Source: Octopus vulgaris (taxonomy: Eukaryota). Taken from it: 64,000 nucleotides of DNA. A program made the translations under genes and the position numbers. Positions 25,645-39,868 of the stretch are shown one piece after another (position 1 is the stretch's first letter; the number at the start of each line of letters is the position of its first letter). Where the stretch lies: the NCBI GenBank assembly GCA_951406725.2, contig OX597822.1, forward strand, positions 63,984,001 through 64,048,000, read 5' to 3'. The notes beneath the pieces were generated by a model. That model saw only the letters and a program-made list of their open reading frames with translations, had not been told where the DNA came from and did no database searches.

Positions 25645-25872
25645 TTAACCCTTTAGTGTTTAAACCGGCCATATCTAGCCCAGATATTCTACATGTTTTA
25701 CATTCAAACGGGCGATATCTAGCCTCTCACACCTAACCTACATTGATATTCTAAAAACAAACAATCACATCATTGAAACCTCAAAGCTATAAGATAATGT
25801 ATGATTAATTCAAAACAATTTGAGTGAAAAATTATTACATTTAACAGAGTAATCTGAACACTAAAGGGTTAA
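25645..25872. mobile_element. piggyBac-like MITE (family A), uninterrupted
   Basis: ttaa-ccctttagtgtt ... aacactaaaggg-ttaa. Confidence 0.8.
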
Positions 25873-25957
25873 AGCAAGTTTAAGAATAATAGCAGAAATA
25901 TACTGTCTTGGTTTCATCTAATTTTGAAAATAATAAAAAATTTGATAAATTGATAAA

Positions 25958-26302
25958 GGTGTAGGAGTGGCTGTGTGGTAAGTAGCTTGCTTACGAACCA
26001 CACAGTTCCGGGTTCAGTCCCACTGCGTGGCACCTTGGGCAAGTGTCTTCAACTATAGCTTTGGGCCGACCAAAACCTTGTGAGTGGAAACTGAAAGAAG
26101 CCTGTCATATATATGTGTATATATATATACGTGTGTGTGTTTACGTCCCTGTAACTTAGCGGTTCGGCAAAAGTGACTGATAGAATAAGTACTAGGCTTA
26201 CAAAGAATAAGTCCTGGGGATCGATTTGCTCGACTAAAAGGTGGTGCTCCAGCATGGCCGCAGTCAAATGACTGAAACAAGTAAGAGAGTAAAAGAGAGA
26301 GT
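25958..26302 (+). mobile_element. SINE family 1 with internal deletions
   Basis: Head and tail intact; central segments missing. Confidence 0.85.
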
Positions 26303-26581
26303 AATTTAACTGTGCCATTATTAAGCTGGTGTTTTGTGTACAAATTAACATGAAATTTTGATGGAAGAATTTGACTTGGATCACTTTAAAACAAGGAAGT
26401 TTGTAATATAGAACCAAGGATAGTCATGGGAAGATTGGTATCGAAAGGGTTAAAGAGTCTATCACTTTGTAGTGCATTAAATCTAGTTGGGAACCAGAAC
26501 ATTTATGCTTTTTAGCATTCAGATTTCTCTGTCAAATGTAATTTTTTGTTATCTACATTATTTTGAATTAATCATGCATTG

Positions 26582-26848
26582 CCGTAAATCCTCAAGTATA
26601 ATCCACATTTCCCCCCCAAAATTTAAAGGTCAAAATCCCTAGTGCGTACTATATATGAGGTTAAAAATGAAAAATTAAGAACATCACCATAATTGTATTA
26701 CGCATGCGTGGAAGTGTTTGTTCGACTAGGTGCTGCTGGCTTAATTACGCACAACTCAAGGGGTGCGTATTATACACAAGGTTTAGGTTTTTCAGAAGTA
26801 CAGCCCCCTAAAAATTCCCAAGGGCAGACTATATTCAAGGATTTACGG
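26582..26848. mobile_element. Shorter inverted copy of the 16196-16718 MITE, nested in a piggyBac-like MITE
   Basis: ccgtaaatcctcaagtataatcc ... gactatattcaaggatttacgg-ta. Confidence 0.85.
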
Positions 26849-27344
26849 TATCTCATAACTTTAAGATTTTAATTTAATTATGTGATTTGTATATTTTTAA
26901 AATGACATTGTGGGATAAGTGCAAGATCTGGGAAATTTGAACATAAAACCCACAGAAAATTTGGGTCAAATATGGTTGGTTTAAATGGTGAAGGGTGAAT
27001 AAAATTTTCTAGATTGTATTGTGGTCTTCCATAGAAATCATAATAACAGTTTCTCTCCCTTCTTAGAGATTTTCTAGGCAAGACTGATTGTCAGGTGGTA
27101 TCAGATCTTAGTGGTTGTATAGGTACTTAGTAAAAGGAACTCTTTCCTTTAGCTTGATCCAGTTTTTGAACACCTGAGCTCAGGATCAACCTATCCTCAT
27201 TCCGAGTGTACCTATCAATGGTACCATTGAGTTCTTGACCATAGTGAAGAGATTAAGGAGAAATACCTAACATTTGGTACATTGCCAGGTATTATTAATA
27301 ATGCTGTATGTCCTGAGAAATAAGGCCAAAGACTGGATTCAATG

Positions 27345-27970
27345 ATGTCATTCTACTAAGAAGCAACAAAGCCAAGTGAGACCATAACCTCGTGGCTTAT
27401 GCCAGGGGTGTAACCAGCCCACTTATGTGTACCTTTCATTCATTGGACACTAAACTCTGCTTGTGAAGACCTGTTGAGGCAAGTGAAATAGAAATCGAAA
27501 TCAAATTCGATGACTGGCATTTGTGCTAGTGGAGTACTAAGAGCACCATCCGAGCATGATTGTTGCCAGAGCAGCAAACTGGCTTCTATGCGAGTGGCAC
27601 ATAAATAGCACCATTTGAGTGTGATTGTTACCAGCATCGCCTTACAGGCACATGTGCCGGTGGCATGTCAAAAAAACATTCGAGCGAGATTGTTGCCAAT
27701 GTCACTGGACTGGCTCCTATTCAGGTGGCACGTAAAAAACACCATTTGAGCGTGGTCGTTGCCAGTACTGCCTGACTGGCCCTTGTGCCAGTGGCACGTA
27801 AAAGCACCCACTACACTCTTGGAATGGTTGGTGTTAGGAAGGTCATCCAGCTGTAGAAACTCAGCCAGATCAGATTGGAGCCTGGTGCAGTCATCTGGTT
27901 CGCCAGTCCTTAGTCAAATCGTCCAACCCATGCTAGCACGGAAAGTGGAAGTTAAACGATGATGATGATG
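27345..27970 (+). mobile_element. (GAT)n-tailed retroposon (family 3), long copy with internal subrepeats
   Basis: Repeated tggcacgtaaaa-caccatttgagcgtg units; 3' end gttaaacgatgatgatg; matches 54836-55216. Confidence 0.75.
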
Positions 27971-29230
27971 TTGATGACTGAAATCCATTAAGACATGACC
28001 AAGAAAGTCCTGCAAGAGCTGTCCTGATGGATCTTTGGGTTCAGGGCTCTGATCAATTTCAAGCTAGGCCCCTTGGTCAATGTCTGGTTGTTGGTAAGCT
28101 TTGCTTGTAACAAGGTCAAGACTTACTATGGAGTCTGGGTGGTGGTGTTAAGATGTACTCAGCTGGCAGTGTCCCATGTCCCTAAATTTGCTGGTCTTCA
28201 GAAGGTTCTTTTATTGATTTCACATGCACGATTGAACAGGCTAGTGTTTCAGAAAAAACAAGTCTAGTGCAGGAGCATCAGCGAAACAGGTATAGAGACA
28301 AAGTAATAATCTCTCTAAGGCAGATCAATATACCTGAAAAGGCTGTACTAATGGCAAAATTGTAAAAAAATTGAGGAGGAAAGAAGCTCATGATTTCATA
28401 AAATCCTCTTAAATTTTAAGAAAATGACTATAAGAACAAAAATGGCTCTCTTCCTAAAAAACAAAAACACAGGTAAAAAAAATATGGATTTTAGTATAAG
28501 CAAGTTAATTGACTTAAGTCCCATTTGAGGATGCTATTCTGATGAGGGCTAAATTAGATACAAGTTGCCTACTGATGTGTACCCCTGAATGGGGGAGTTG
28601 TTTAAGAAAAACACAAAGGGACAGTAAAGTAAGATGATATGTCACTTTATCTCTTTGCTCAACCCCAATGCTAGGACACCTGCTGTCACACTATTTGATT
28701 GTGGGTGTCATCAAAGAGGTAGTTCGGTGAGTGAAGATGAAAGCGCCAAAAGACAAGGACTTTTCTCTAACCAATGAAACCCTCATTAACTTCTTTAAAT
28801 ATTATCAGTCGAGGTGAAAGATGTTGAAGGAACAAGTAATAACCGCTGCTCCACACTCCAGCAAATTTTATGAAAAGTGGGTGAGACTGGTGAGATGGTG
28901 AATTTGCTGCGGATAAAAGGACCAGCTTTTTAGTTTTGTCTGTGCGACAGGGTTGGAAGAAGGCATATGCTTAGTGTGGAGGGTGGATAAGGGCTTGATG
29001 GGTGGGGTGGGGGGGGGGGCACTATTCTTTCTGGGTAGACTACACCCAATTTGGAGACCTTTATGTTCCAATGCACTTATATTACCATATATATATACAT
29101 ATATATATATATATAGCATGGAGAACGGACGTTAAACGATGATGATATATATATTATTTCTATTATATATATATCAGTTGGTCATCTGTATGTATAGCTT
29201 CGTGTGTGTGTGTGTATGTATGTATATATG

Positions 29231-29317
<87 letters not shown>

Positions 29318-30444
29318 CACATGTGCATATCAATCCATGGCTAAGTAAGCACAGGTGACTTACATTATGTGTGTTTCATATAACTTTTTGTCATTTGCAA
29401 TTAAGATTTTGTCACCAACATTTTGTTTAAATACCACCATCCACCAAAATGTGTCTTCAAAAACTTTTACTTGATGTTGTTATATCCACTGACTGCCCTT
29501 GTTGCAATTAAGGAATTCATTGCATTTAACCATGTAACAACTACTACTACTACTACTACTACTACTACAACCACCACCACTACCACTAAGACTACTATCA
29601 TCATCATTTCATTGAGATTAAAACCGGAAGCTTTGGAGTGGTCAGGTGGTTGAATAAGGCAGATGAAGTCTACAGGAGGGAGAGAAAGAGAGAAAGTGGA
29701 GAGACAGAGGAAGACAGAGAGGTGTAGAGTTAAGAAAGGGAGAGAGAAAAGAAGAGGAGCAAGAAAGGAAGTAGAAGAAAACAGAAGAGAGACAGTGAAA
29801 GAGGAAAAGGAGAGAAATGGGAAGAGAGCTGGTGGCGGTGGGGTGTATGTCAGTGTCTATCTGTCTGTCTGTCCGTCTCTTTCTCTATTTATCCATCTAA
29901 CCTTATTATATTGTTGATCTAAGAGTGATAAGGTATAAGACAGCACACACCTGGGTGTCCCATTAACCTGATTTAATAACTGAAAATACCGAAACTAGTT
30001 AGTTTTTTTTTTTTAAATGAAACTAAGGAGAAGGCTGATATATTCTATTTATATTATTATTATGACAACCAACATGTAATAGTGGAAATAAGTATAGCGT
30101 TATTGGTAGGAAAGGACAATTTAAACTTGCTTATTGAATGTGCCTCAACAGTTTTAACCGTCGTTCGTTCGTTCGTTCCATCGGCATTATTAAACTGTCA
30201 ACATGGCAGCTATACTAAAACATTAACAGTTCGAGTAATACGCGCACGCGCGCGTGTGTGTATGTGTGTGTGTGTTTGCAGAGGTGGAAGAAGAAAAAGA
30301 AGAAGAGAGTAGTGGGGGGGGGGGGAGAATTAGGTGTCTTTCAAAGTTTTATTAAGAATGTTTAGAAAACAAGGAAGCAGAAGAGAAGATTTTAATTAAT
30401 GACGTTAAGAAATGATATAAACTTAAAAATGTTATTATATAGTG

Positions 30445-30480
<36 letters not shown>

Positions 30481-31208
30481 TTTTTTTTTTGTGGTGTTCG
30501 TTTCTTAAATGATGTATATGTCGTATGTAACAGGAAGTGATGAGGGGTGATGGAACTTTAACGTGTCATGTTCTCTTCTTGCAGAAGACACTTTTGACGT
30601 AGGGAACATTTCAACAAAAAAAATAATAAATAAATAAATAAATAAACCAAATAAGAAGAAAGTGTATTTGATAGCTAGGAAAAAAAACAAAAAACAAAAA
30701 TCAAAACAAAAAAAAAGACATCTCTTAAAAACTGTCATTGTTCTCTGGTGATTCTTCTGATTAAAGTATATGATGAATGTCTTGGGTTAAAGAGATTGGG
30801 ACATTTAGGTTCTTCAAACAATGGTGAGATTAAAGATTAAACAAGCATGTTTCTTGCTCATCAGCCGGGGATATAACAATCAGACAGGATACAACAATCA
30901 TAATCTTTTTTTTTCATACAAGGATGATTTAGGAATCTCTTGTGATCGAGCTGACAGATGGAATAAATTTAATCGACCTTTTTACAGTTTTTTTTTCTTC
31001 TTCTATTTTTGGTGAAATACTTGAATAAAAACGACACAAGACTCAACGATATGCACAGCTGTAGTGGCTATGCGGCTACCTTAATTTTCTGTTTTTTTTT
31101 GTCATTGAGTTATATATCAAAATAAATAAAATAGAGGCAGTGGTTGTTTGTTACAAACGAAGTACTAGGGTAGATGGTATGTTATAATAACTATGTTATA
31201 ATAAATAT

Positions 31209-31441
31209 AAGGCGGCGAGCTGGCAGAAACGTTAGCAAGCCGGGCGAAATGCTTAGCGGTATTTCGTCTGCGTTACGTTGTGAGTTCAAATTCCGCCGAG
31301 GTCGACTTTGCCTTTCATCCTTTCGGGGTCGATAAATTAAGTACCAGTTACGCACTGGGGTCGATGGAATCGACTTAATACCTATGTCTGTCCTTGTTTG
31401 TCCCCTCTGTGTTTAGCCCCTTGTGGGTAATAAAGAAATAG
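31209..31441 (+). mobile_element. SINE family 2, young CpG-rich copy
   Basis: B box gagttcaaattcc; gcctttcatcctttcggggtcgataaattaagtacc (Deu/Nin-like domain); ggtatgttataataacta repeated on both flanks. Confidence 0.85.
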
Positions 31442-32206
31442 GTATGTTATAATAACTAATCGACTGCCGCCCCCCCTCCCCCAAAATTTCGGGCCTTGTG
31501 CTTAGAGTAGAAAAGAACAGAGGTTTATTCTCGTCACAAGTGAATAATTTGGATAGGGATCTATTCAATTGGTTTCATTAAGGTGATAATCACTGAATCC
31601 CAAATTAAAGACAGTTGACTAAAAACAACCAGTCTATAGGCAATATGGAAACCTTAGTTAATTAAGCTAATCAAACTGAAGCACAATTAACAAACGTCAC
31701 ATGACTAGAATTTGTAAAGAGACTCAGAACTGTGGACAAGAAGACAGATCAGGCAGTCTTTGAGCCAAGAGAAGATTTCTTCAGTTTACATAATTGTCAT
31801 TAGTACTATATTGCAAAGCGATTATTTAACCTGGCCATATCTGGCCCAAATATTCTACCTGTCTTATATTCAAACTGGACAGATCCATCCTCTCACACAT
31901 ACCCTACATTGTCATTCTAACACAAACAATCATATTATCGAAATATTAAGACAACATAATGCAGGATTAATTCAAAACAATTTGAATAAGTAAGCATTAC
32001 ATTTGTCAGACTAACGTGATTGGCAATGGGTTAAATCTTAATGGCATGATACATGTAATTCTTAAGTAGTTAAGTGGTGGGATAGTTTACAGCTGTAAGC
32101 AACAGACATCATCATTTTAACATCCAATTTTCCATGCTTGTATGGGTTGGACAGAGCTTATCGAAGCAGATTTCCTATGGCATGATGCCTTTTCTGTCAC
32201 CAATCA

Positions 32207-32505
32207 CCGTGACCGACCAGGCTATCAGATGTTGCTACACATCGCTGGTCGCAATGTGCTTCGCATTGTTTTAGCCTTCTAATGACGTCACCCCGCTGGC
32301 TAAGTGAGTAGACCAACAGAAGAAAAAGTGAGAGAAAGTTATGGCGAAAGAGTACAGCAGGGATCACCACCACTCCCTGCTGGAGCCTCGTGGAGCTTTA
32401 GGTGTTTTCGCTCAATAAACACTCACAATGCCCGGTCTGGGAATCGAAACTGCGATCCTACGACCGCAAGTCCTCTGCCCTAACCACTGGGCCATTGCGT
32501 CTCCA
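32207..32505 (-). mobile_element. tRNA-derived SINE (family 4)
   Basis: Minus-strand head tggagacgcaatggcccagtggttaggg...gtttcgattccc carries A and B boxes. Confidence 0.75.
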
Positions 32506-33273
32506 CTGTCCATTGCGCCTTTTCTGGCACCAATAGTACTGTAAAATCGATAAGCAATTCCTACACAGTGCTTTGTGTAGGGCATCTTTTGAGTTTGGGA
32601 TACAACAGGACTGATTACATGATTCATCATCATCATCATCGTTTAACATCCACTTTCCATGCTGTCATGGATTGTATAATTTGACTGGAGCTGGCAAACC
32701 AGAGGACTACACAGAGCTCTACTGTCAGCTTCGGCATGGTTTCTACAGCTGGATGCCCTTCTTTTAATGCCAACTGTTTTATGGAATGCACTGGGTGCTT
32801 TTTACATGGTACCAGCATCAATTCTACTTTGAAATATGCCACCACCACTCCACAGAATGCAGAGTTCCAAACAATTCATGCAAATGCCTACATTGGCAGA
32901 ACCATTCAACCTATATCATTTCTTTCTTTTTTTTTTTTTGCCCAATTCAAAAAACAGGTTTTTACATCAATTTCTAGTCTAAACTCAGAGCTATTCTAGA
33001 ACATTGGAAATATTGACAGAATCACTTTTTCCAAAAAGTCTTTTGAAGATATACAGAATCATATCACAAAAAATTATTTTCAGTGTTTTCAAGATATTTT
33101 TTTTTCCCATATGGAATTTTTCTTTATAGAATTTGGAATATACCAAATGTCAATACAATTCTTTCTACATAAATCTATGATATTTTCTTTGGTTTGGATA
33201 GTTTAAAGTTGGACAATTCCAGCATCAGGTGAAATGGCGATAGAAAACACGTTTTATCTCTCTCTCTCTCTTT

Positions 33274-33318
<45 letters not shown>

Positions 33319-35215
33319 GTGAAAAATGAAAAATGGAATAATACTTTAGCTCTTTTGATACGAGCCCATTTGTGGCTATCTTTGGTCCTTTCATACAAAA
33401 GAATCAGAAGTTCTTTGATGCAAAGTTCCTCGTTTTTAAAGTGTTCATATTTAAATTAAAACATTCCAGCATAATTTTCTATGAAAGAGGTGAAAGTACA
33501 GCTGTGTGGTTAAAAGGTTTGCATCACAACCACATTGTTTTTTGCATTCAGTTCCAGAGTGTGACACCTTGGTCAAGCATCTTCTGCTACAGCTCCAGGA
33601 ACCCAAAACCATGTGGTTGCAAAAGCGAGATTCTTAACCCAAAATTTTTGTTTATTCTCCAAGACACATTGCAGTATGGCCTTGGAGTGAGTGTATCTCA
33701 ATGAGACTAAATGGGAGTATTTGGCGTGATGAGTTCAAGTCTTGTAAAGATACTATAGAACTGATATTATCATCATTGTCATCATCACCACTTAACCTCC
33801 ATTTTCCATGCTGGTATGGGTTGGATGGTTTGACAGGCTGGCAAGGCCAAGAGCCACATCAGGTCCCATGGTCTGTTTTGGCATGGTTTCGACATCTGGA
33901 TGCCCTTCCTAATGCTAACCACTTTACAGAGTGTACTGGGTGCTTTTTACATGGTCCCAGCACCGGTGCTTTTTACATGGCATCATCACCAACAGGGTCA
34001 CCAAGTGACTTGCAAGACAAAAACTCCTCAACTGGGAGGGGAGGTCAGTACTGGAAGGGGGGGGGCTTTGAGCCAGTTGAGAGATTAAAGATATAGAAAA
34101 GACAGAGATAGGTGTCTTGGTGTAGAGTAGATACACGGATACTCCAGTTGGAAGAGAAGAGAAAGGAAAACGAATTAGAGAGTAATCAAACCTGTTGTAG
34201 AGATCATGTATTAATGTGCATTCCAGGATATCACAGCACAAATGTTTAAATAGTTTTTCATCTCATATGAATCCTGGAATTCTTTGGTAGAAAATGGATT
34301 TTCCTACATGAATTTTTCATTCTTACAAAGAAACAGCTTAACAAAAGGACAGATTATTATTATTATTATTATTATATAATATATTCCTTTTATATTGATA
34401 ATTTGAAGCAAGTCTGTGGGTGTAAAACACAGAGCATTTGTTGGAAGAATATTAATGGGGTAGCGAGAGGCAAGGGTCGCTGGTAATGCATTATTTAAAA
34501 GGCAAGAAAAACAGATGCCTTAAAGGGATTTTGGTGACAGAATGGATTAAGAAAGAAAGAGAGAAAGCAAGAAAGCGAAAAAGAAAAGAAAATTAAGAAA
34601 GCAGACAGAAGTAAATAGACAGTGTATGAAGTGAAGTGCTGCTTTGGAGAGCAGCAATAGCTATGTCTTGAAATAGGGGTGGACTGGTTGGGTGGAGAAG
34701 ACCGGATACTGTGTTCGCTATGACTGGGGAAGAAGTTCTTTTCATGTTGTATGTAGACAAGTAGCACTGGTTACAAACTGGGTTAGGTGGGGGTGGGAGT
34801 GGGGTGGGGACGGGGGTGTTTTCATTACCTTACATTGCACTTGGCCCTCATGTAAAGACATTGCCGGGAGGAGGGGGAGGAAGCGGGTGGGACGGTGGGA
34901 CAGGGGGCAGGTTGTTACGATTAGGCAATTTAAATATCTTAAAAGCAATATGGGTAAGGAAAAAGAAGTATCAGAATGAGAGGGTTGATATGTGCAGAGC
35001 TTAGGGGGGCCAGGGGACACAGACAGAAATAAAAGGAAAGAAAAAGTGGGGGGCAAGACCAATGGAAAGGAAAAAATGGCATGAGATGGAGAGAGGAGAG
35101 ACGGAGAGAGGAGAGATAAAGAGAAAGAGAGAGAGTGGTGGTAGGGAGGCAGTGCAGTAGAGACAGAATACCCAAGGTATGTTCAGCATATGCACATGGA
35201 AGTGGATGTGTGTCA

Positions 35216-35254
<39 letters not shown>

Positions 35255-35439
35255 TTAGTTAGCATATTTGGATGTTTGGTGATTGTGTGATGTAAGAAGC
35301 CTTCGATGAGGGACGGTGGAGTGGGTGGGGTGGCGAGGGTGGTGGGTAGGAGTTGTTAAGGTTGTAAAAGGAAATGGAAAACAATAATAATACTAAGGAT
35401 TAAAGGAAGAAATAATAATAGACAGTACAGGGTCAGAAT

Positions 35440-35476
<37 letters not shown>

Positions 35477-35551
35477 ATGTCTATTTACATATGTGGGAGT
35501 TTCAGGACATATAGCATGTGTTGTGCATGCATATATATGTGTGTGCATGTG

Positions 35552-35585
<34 letters not shown>

Positions 35586-35683
35586 TATATAATTATATAA
35601 TAAGGGTAGAAATTGATGTTAATCAATTAAAACCAGTGGCTTAGCATATTTAAAAAATCAAAAGATTAAAAATTGTGTTACAT

Positions 35684-35880
35684 ACAAAATTAAGAGGAAT
35701 GACCACTGAAGTGGACACCTAATATACTAAACATAGATGTCAAATCCCCATTACCACGAAGAATGAGTTCTCAAGAAAAAATCTCAGCAAAACGTTTTGC
35801 TGAGATTTTTTCTTGAGAACACATTCTTCGTGGTTTAGCATATTAAGTGTCCACTTTAGTGGTCATTCCTCTTAAATTTT

Positions 35881-35883
<3 letters not shown>
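35684..35883. repeat. About 200-bp palindrome
   Basis: Centre aaaac|gtttt at 35793/35794; about 40-bp near-perfect inner arms plus about 45-bp outer arms. Confidence 0.95.
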
Positions 35884-35923
<40 letters not shown>

Positions 35924-36112
35924 CTCTCCCTCCCTCTCTATGAGAAAAAAAAAACGAAGAAAAAAGAATGGTTTATAGCAGGAATGCTCTGATTGCTGAC
36001 CTGGTGTTAAACAAGAACAGTTTCTCTTCTGATTACAAAATTTTAAAAACAAAAACGTCCTCTAGAATATAAACATGCTTTATCTATAAGTTACAATGAC
36101 ACAGAAGAGAAA

Positions 36113-36336
36113 ATATTCTTTTCTACTCTAGGCACAAGGCCTGAAATTTTGGGGGAGTGGGGGTGTCAGTCGATTAGATTGACTGCAGTACACAACTGGT
36201 ACTTAATTTATCAACGCCGAAAGGACGAAAGGCAAAGTTGATCTCGGCGGAATTTGAACTCAGAATGTAAAGACAGATGAAATACCTCCAAGCATTTCGT
36301 CCGGCGTGCTAACATTTCTGCCAGCTCGCTGCCTTA
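36113..36336 (-). mobile_element. SINE family 2
   Basis: aggcaaagttgatctcggcggaatttgaactcag...ccagctcgctgcctt. Confidence 0.8.
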
Positions 36337-36721
36337 ACAGAAGAGAAGATATTAGGAAAGAGTTGTGAAAACACACAGTATCTTGTGATTCAAAATGTTC
36401 AATGTTTACTGAGTGCAGTGGTAGGAAAGGGTTAGAAGTAAGCCCTTAATGCCCAGACTAATGCATTGGTTGTGTTCATAAATCAGCAAATTACCCACTT
36501 TGGCTAACTCCCTAATTTGGCTAATGTGAAAATAAATCAGTTTTCCTTTCACTGTTTCTTGTATGTATGGGTGTGCTTGCGTCTATATGTTAGTGCGGGT
36601 GTATTTGTATGCTTAAGTGTGCTTGTATTCTATGAATAGATGTGTGTGCATGTGTGGTTGGATTGATGGCTTTTCAATTGTGTAAGAAGGATTTTGTTTG
36701 TACATTCACACATGTTTACCA

Positions 36722-36776
<55 letters not shown>

Positions 36777-36927
36777 GATATATTAGTAAGTAGCTTGCTT
36801 ACCAACCACATGGTTCTGGGTTCAGTCCTAATGTGTGGTGCCTTCGGCAAGTATCTTCTACTATGTCCTCGGTCCGACCAAAAACTTGTGAGTGTATTTG
36901 ATAGATGGAAACTGAAAGAAGCCTGTC

Positions 36928-36981
<54 letters not shown>

Positions 36982-38639
36982 TTGTATATATTTACATAGA
37001 CACATACATTTGCACACAAGGTGCTACACACTGGGACTGAACCTGGAACCATGTGGTTGGGAAGCAAGCTTCTTACCACACAGCCATGCCTGAGCCTATA
37101 TATATATGTGCATGTGTGTGTGCACACACATACATAATGATGCTGCAAAATTGTGAATTGGTAATACACACACACATGTGTGCATTCAGACAAGCGTGAG
37201 TGCATGATCAGATTTATTTATTTATTTATTTATTCGTTAACTCTTTTCAGATATTGTTATTGTCATTTAAATACAGTCAATTATTGCTAGGGACCACTGA
37301 GTGAATAGCATTTGTAACAAAATGCAGATGAAGACTGAAGTTTTCAAATAAAATAAAAAAAATAAAAATTCTAAAAAATAGACAACAAAAATAATTATTA
37401 TAAAAGTTGAATAAATCTTTGATTAAAATCAGTCATTAAGTTTTTTTTTTATTTTGTAAAAAAAAAAAAAGAAAGTTGAAAAAAAAAACTCCCCACAAAA
37501 TATATAAAAATACATAATAAATGAATGTCAAAAATCGTTTTATTTTGATTGAATATGAATTTCGTCAGAAAAATCTTTAAAAAAAAAAAAAAATAGCTGA
37601 TTTGAAAATGCAGCGTCATCATTTAATAAGCTTTATATTTTTTTTAAACTCAAAATTGAGGCAAAATGAGGGAAGGACAGCAGTGAAAAAGAACGAAGCT
37701 TTGGAAATATTATTCTGTTGTCTATTGTATTTATTTCAAAATTTTCTTTTAATTCTTGAAATTGCTGTTGAAAATCTGTGTGTGTGTGTGTGTGTGTGTA
37801 AGTTTGGGTGGCAGTCGGTCTGGGTCTTGATTAAAGGGAGATGTAGTGGGTAGTCCTGGCAGGTAGTATTGCAGTTGGGTGGGATGAGCTGTGGTTGGTA
37901 CGCGAGGACAGTTCGTGTGCGCGATTTGAATGATATGCTATGGTGGGCAGACAGTTTGTATAGCGACTGGCTGGGTGCAGTGGGTGGGACCCAAGAGCTC
38001 TGGCAGTGGTGGTAGTTGTAGTAGTAGTAGTAGCGTTGTAGAGAGTGGAGGTGGAAATTAAGGTGGGTAATGAGAAGGAGGAGTTGTGGTAGGCAGTGTG
38101 GTTTGGGGGAGAAGATTTTATAGCTGGGGTGGGCGGTTTTATAGCTGGGGTGGGCAGTGCAGAGCGATGCATTGTGGTGGGTAATGAATGTAAGGGGGAG
38201 TAGAGGCGTGTAAGGTGAGTGTGCATGTGTGTGGGGGAGTGTTAGGGGGCATGTTGGTGGGGTGGGCAGTAGGGCAGAGCTAGAGGATAACTGTGAGAGA
38301 GGGGTATCTGTGGTAGGTGTTCTGGTGGGCAGAGTCTGGAGGGAGTTGTTCTAACGTGGTGGGCAATGTTGAGTGAATTGATGCCTGCGGGGCAGCAGAG
38401 ATTTTGTAATTAAGTAATCAAGGACCAGTCATCAAGAGAAACTGGGTGGCTGAAGTGATAGAATAGGGTTGGTGGTGGCAGTGGTGACGGTGGGGCTGGT
38501 GGTGAATAAAGTGCTGAGGTTGGTGATGGTGGTGGTGGTGGTTGTAGGGATAGAGATAATATAGAATATGTATGGGTTTAGAAGGGAAGAAAAAGAGAAA
38601 GAGCAGGATACAGAATGTGAGGTGAGGAGAGAATGGGGG

Positions 38640-38956
38640 AGGCGAAATAGGAGAGAGAGAGAGAGAGACATACACTCCATTAGAGAAAGAAAGAGAGAGA
38701 CATACAGTGTGAGAGAGAGGCATACAAACTGAAAGAGAGAGAGAGAGGGAATGAAAGAAAGTGAGAGACAGAGTGTGAGTGAAAGAGAATGAGAGTGAGT
38801 GAAAATGAGAGAAAGAGTGAGGGAGATAGAGAGAAAGAGTGAGGGAGATAGAGAGAAAGAGTGAGGGAGATAGAGAAAAAGAGAGAGGGAGAGAGAGAAT
38901 GAGAGAGAGAGAAAGAGAGAGAGAGAAAGAGAGAGAGAGAAAGAGAGAGAGAGAGA
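38640..38956. repeat. Polypurine (GA)-rich tract with a 22-bp subrepeat
   Basis: gagaaagagtgagggagataga x3 inside a (GA)n-rich tract. Confidence 0.9.
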
Positions 38957-39601
38957 CCAAGTAAGAGCAATAGTGGGCTGACAGAAAGAAAGGAGAGATG
39001 GACAGTGTAATGGATAGTGAAGCAAAAGGAAAAGATATGTGAATGAGAGAGGGGGAGAAGTAGAGAGACACAAGGAGTGATCAGGGAGGAGGAGAAGCAG
39101 TGAATGTTGATGAAGTGAGATATAGAGTAATAGAATGACAGGAAGGGGATCTTTTTTTTATTTTCGTTTGTCTCAGTCATTGGATTGCAGCCATCCTGGG
39201 GCCCTATCTTGAAGAGTTTTAGTCAAACTTATTTTATTTTTTGGTATTTACTCAACTGATCTTTTTTAAAACCAAACTGCTAAGTTATGGGGATGTAAAC
39301 AAACCAACAGAGACTGCCAAACAGTTGTGAAGACACACGCACACATCTAACATGAAAGGTTTCTTTCAGTTTCCACCTACCAAATCCATCTATAAAGCAT
39401 TGGTTGTCACAGGGCTACGGTAGTAGACACTTGCCCAAAGTGCCACGCAGTGGGTCTGAACCAGAAACCATGCAGTTGCAAAGCGAGCTGTGTATTCACA
39501 CAGCCACACTGGCACCAATCATGTACACCAGTGCTACTCAAAGAGGTGGTCCATGGACCGGCGCTGGTCTGTAGTGAGTATCCAGATAAGAAAGAAACAA
39601 T

Positions 39602-39868
39602 ACTCTTTTACTTGCTTCAGTCATTTGACTGTGGCCATGCTGGAGCACCGCCTTTAATCGAGCAAGTCGACCCCCAGGACTTATTATTTGTAAGCCTAGT
39701 ACTTACGACAGGCTTCTTTCAGTTTCTGTCTACCAAATCCACTCACAAGGTTTTGGTCAGCCCGAGGCTATAGCAGAAGACACTCGCTTAAGGTGCCACG
39801 CAGTGGGACTGAACCCGGAACCATGTGGTTCGTAAGCAAGCTACTTACCACACAGCCACTCCTACGCC
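39602..39868 (-). mobile_element. SINE family 1, internally deleted
   Basis: Tail and head halves joined at about 39705. Confidence 0.85.

Noticed and set aside
30843-30868. Minus-strand CTGATGA-gcaa-GAAA hammerhead-like core
   Set aside because: No stem II, no UH cleavage site in register and no stem I.
38418-39180. Longest ORFs in the window (166-217 aa)
   Set aside because: Ser/Leu low-complexity read-through of a (CT)n-rich tract.
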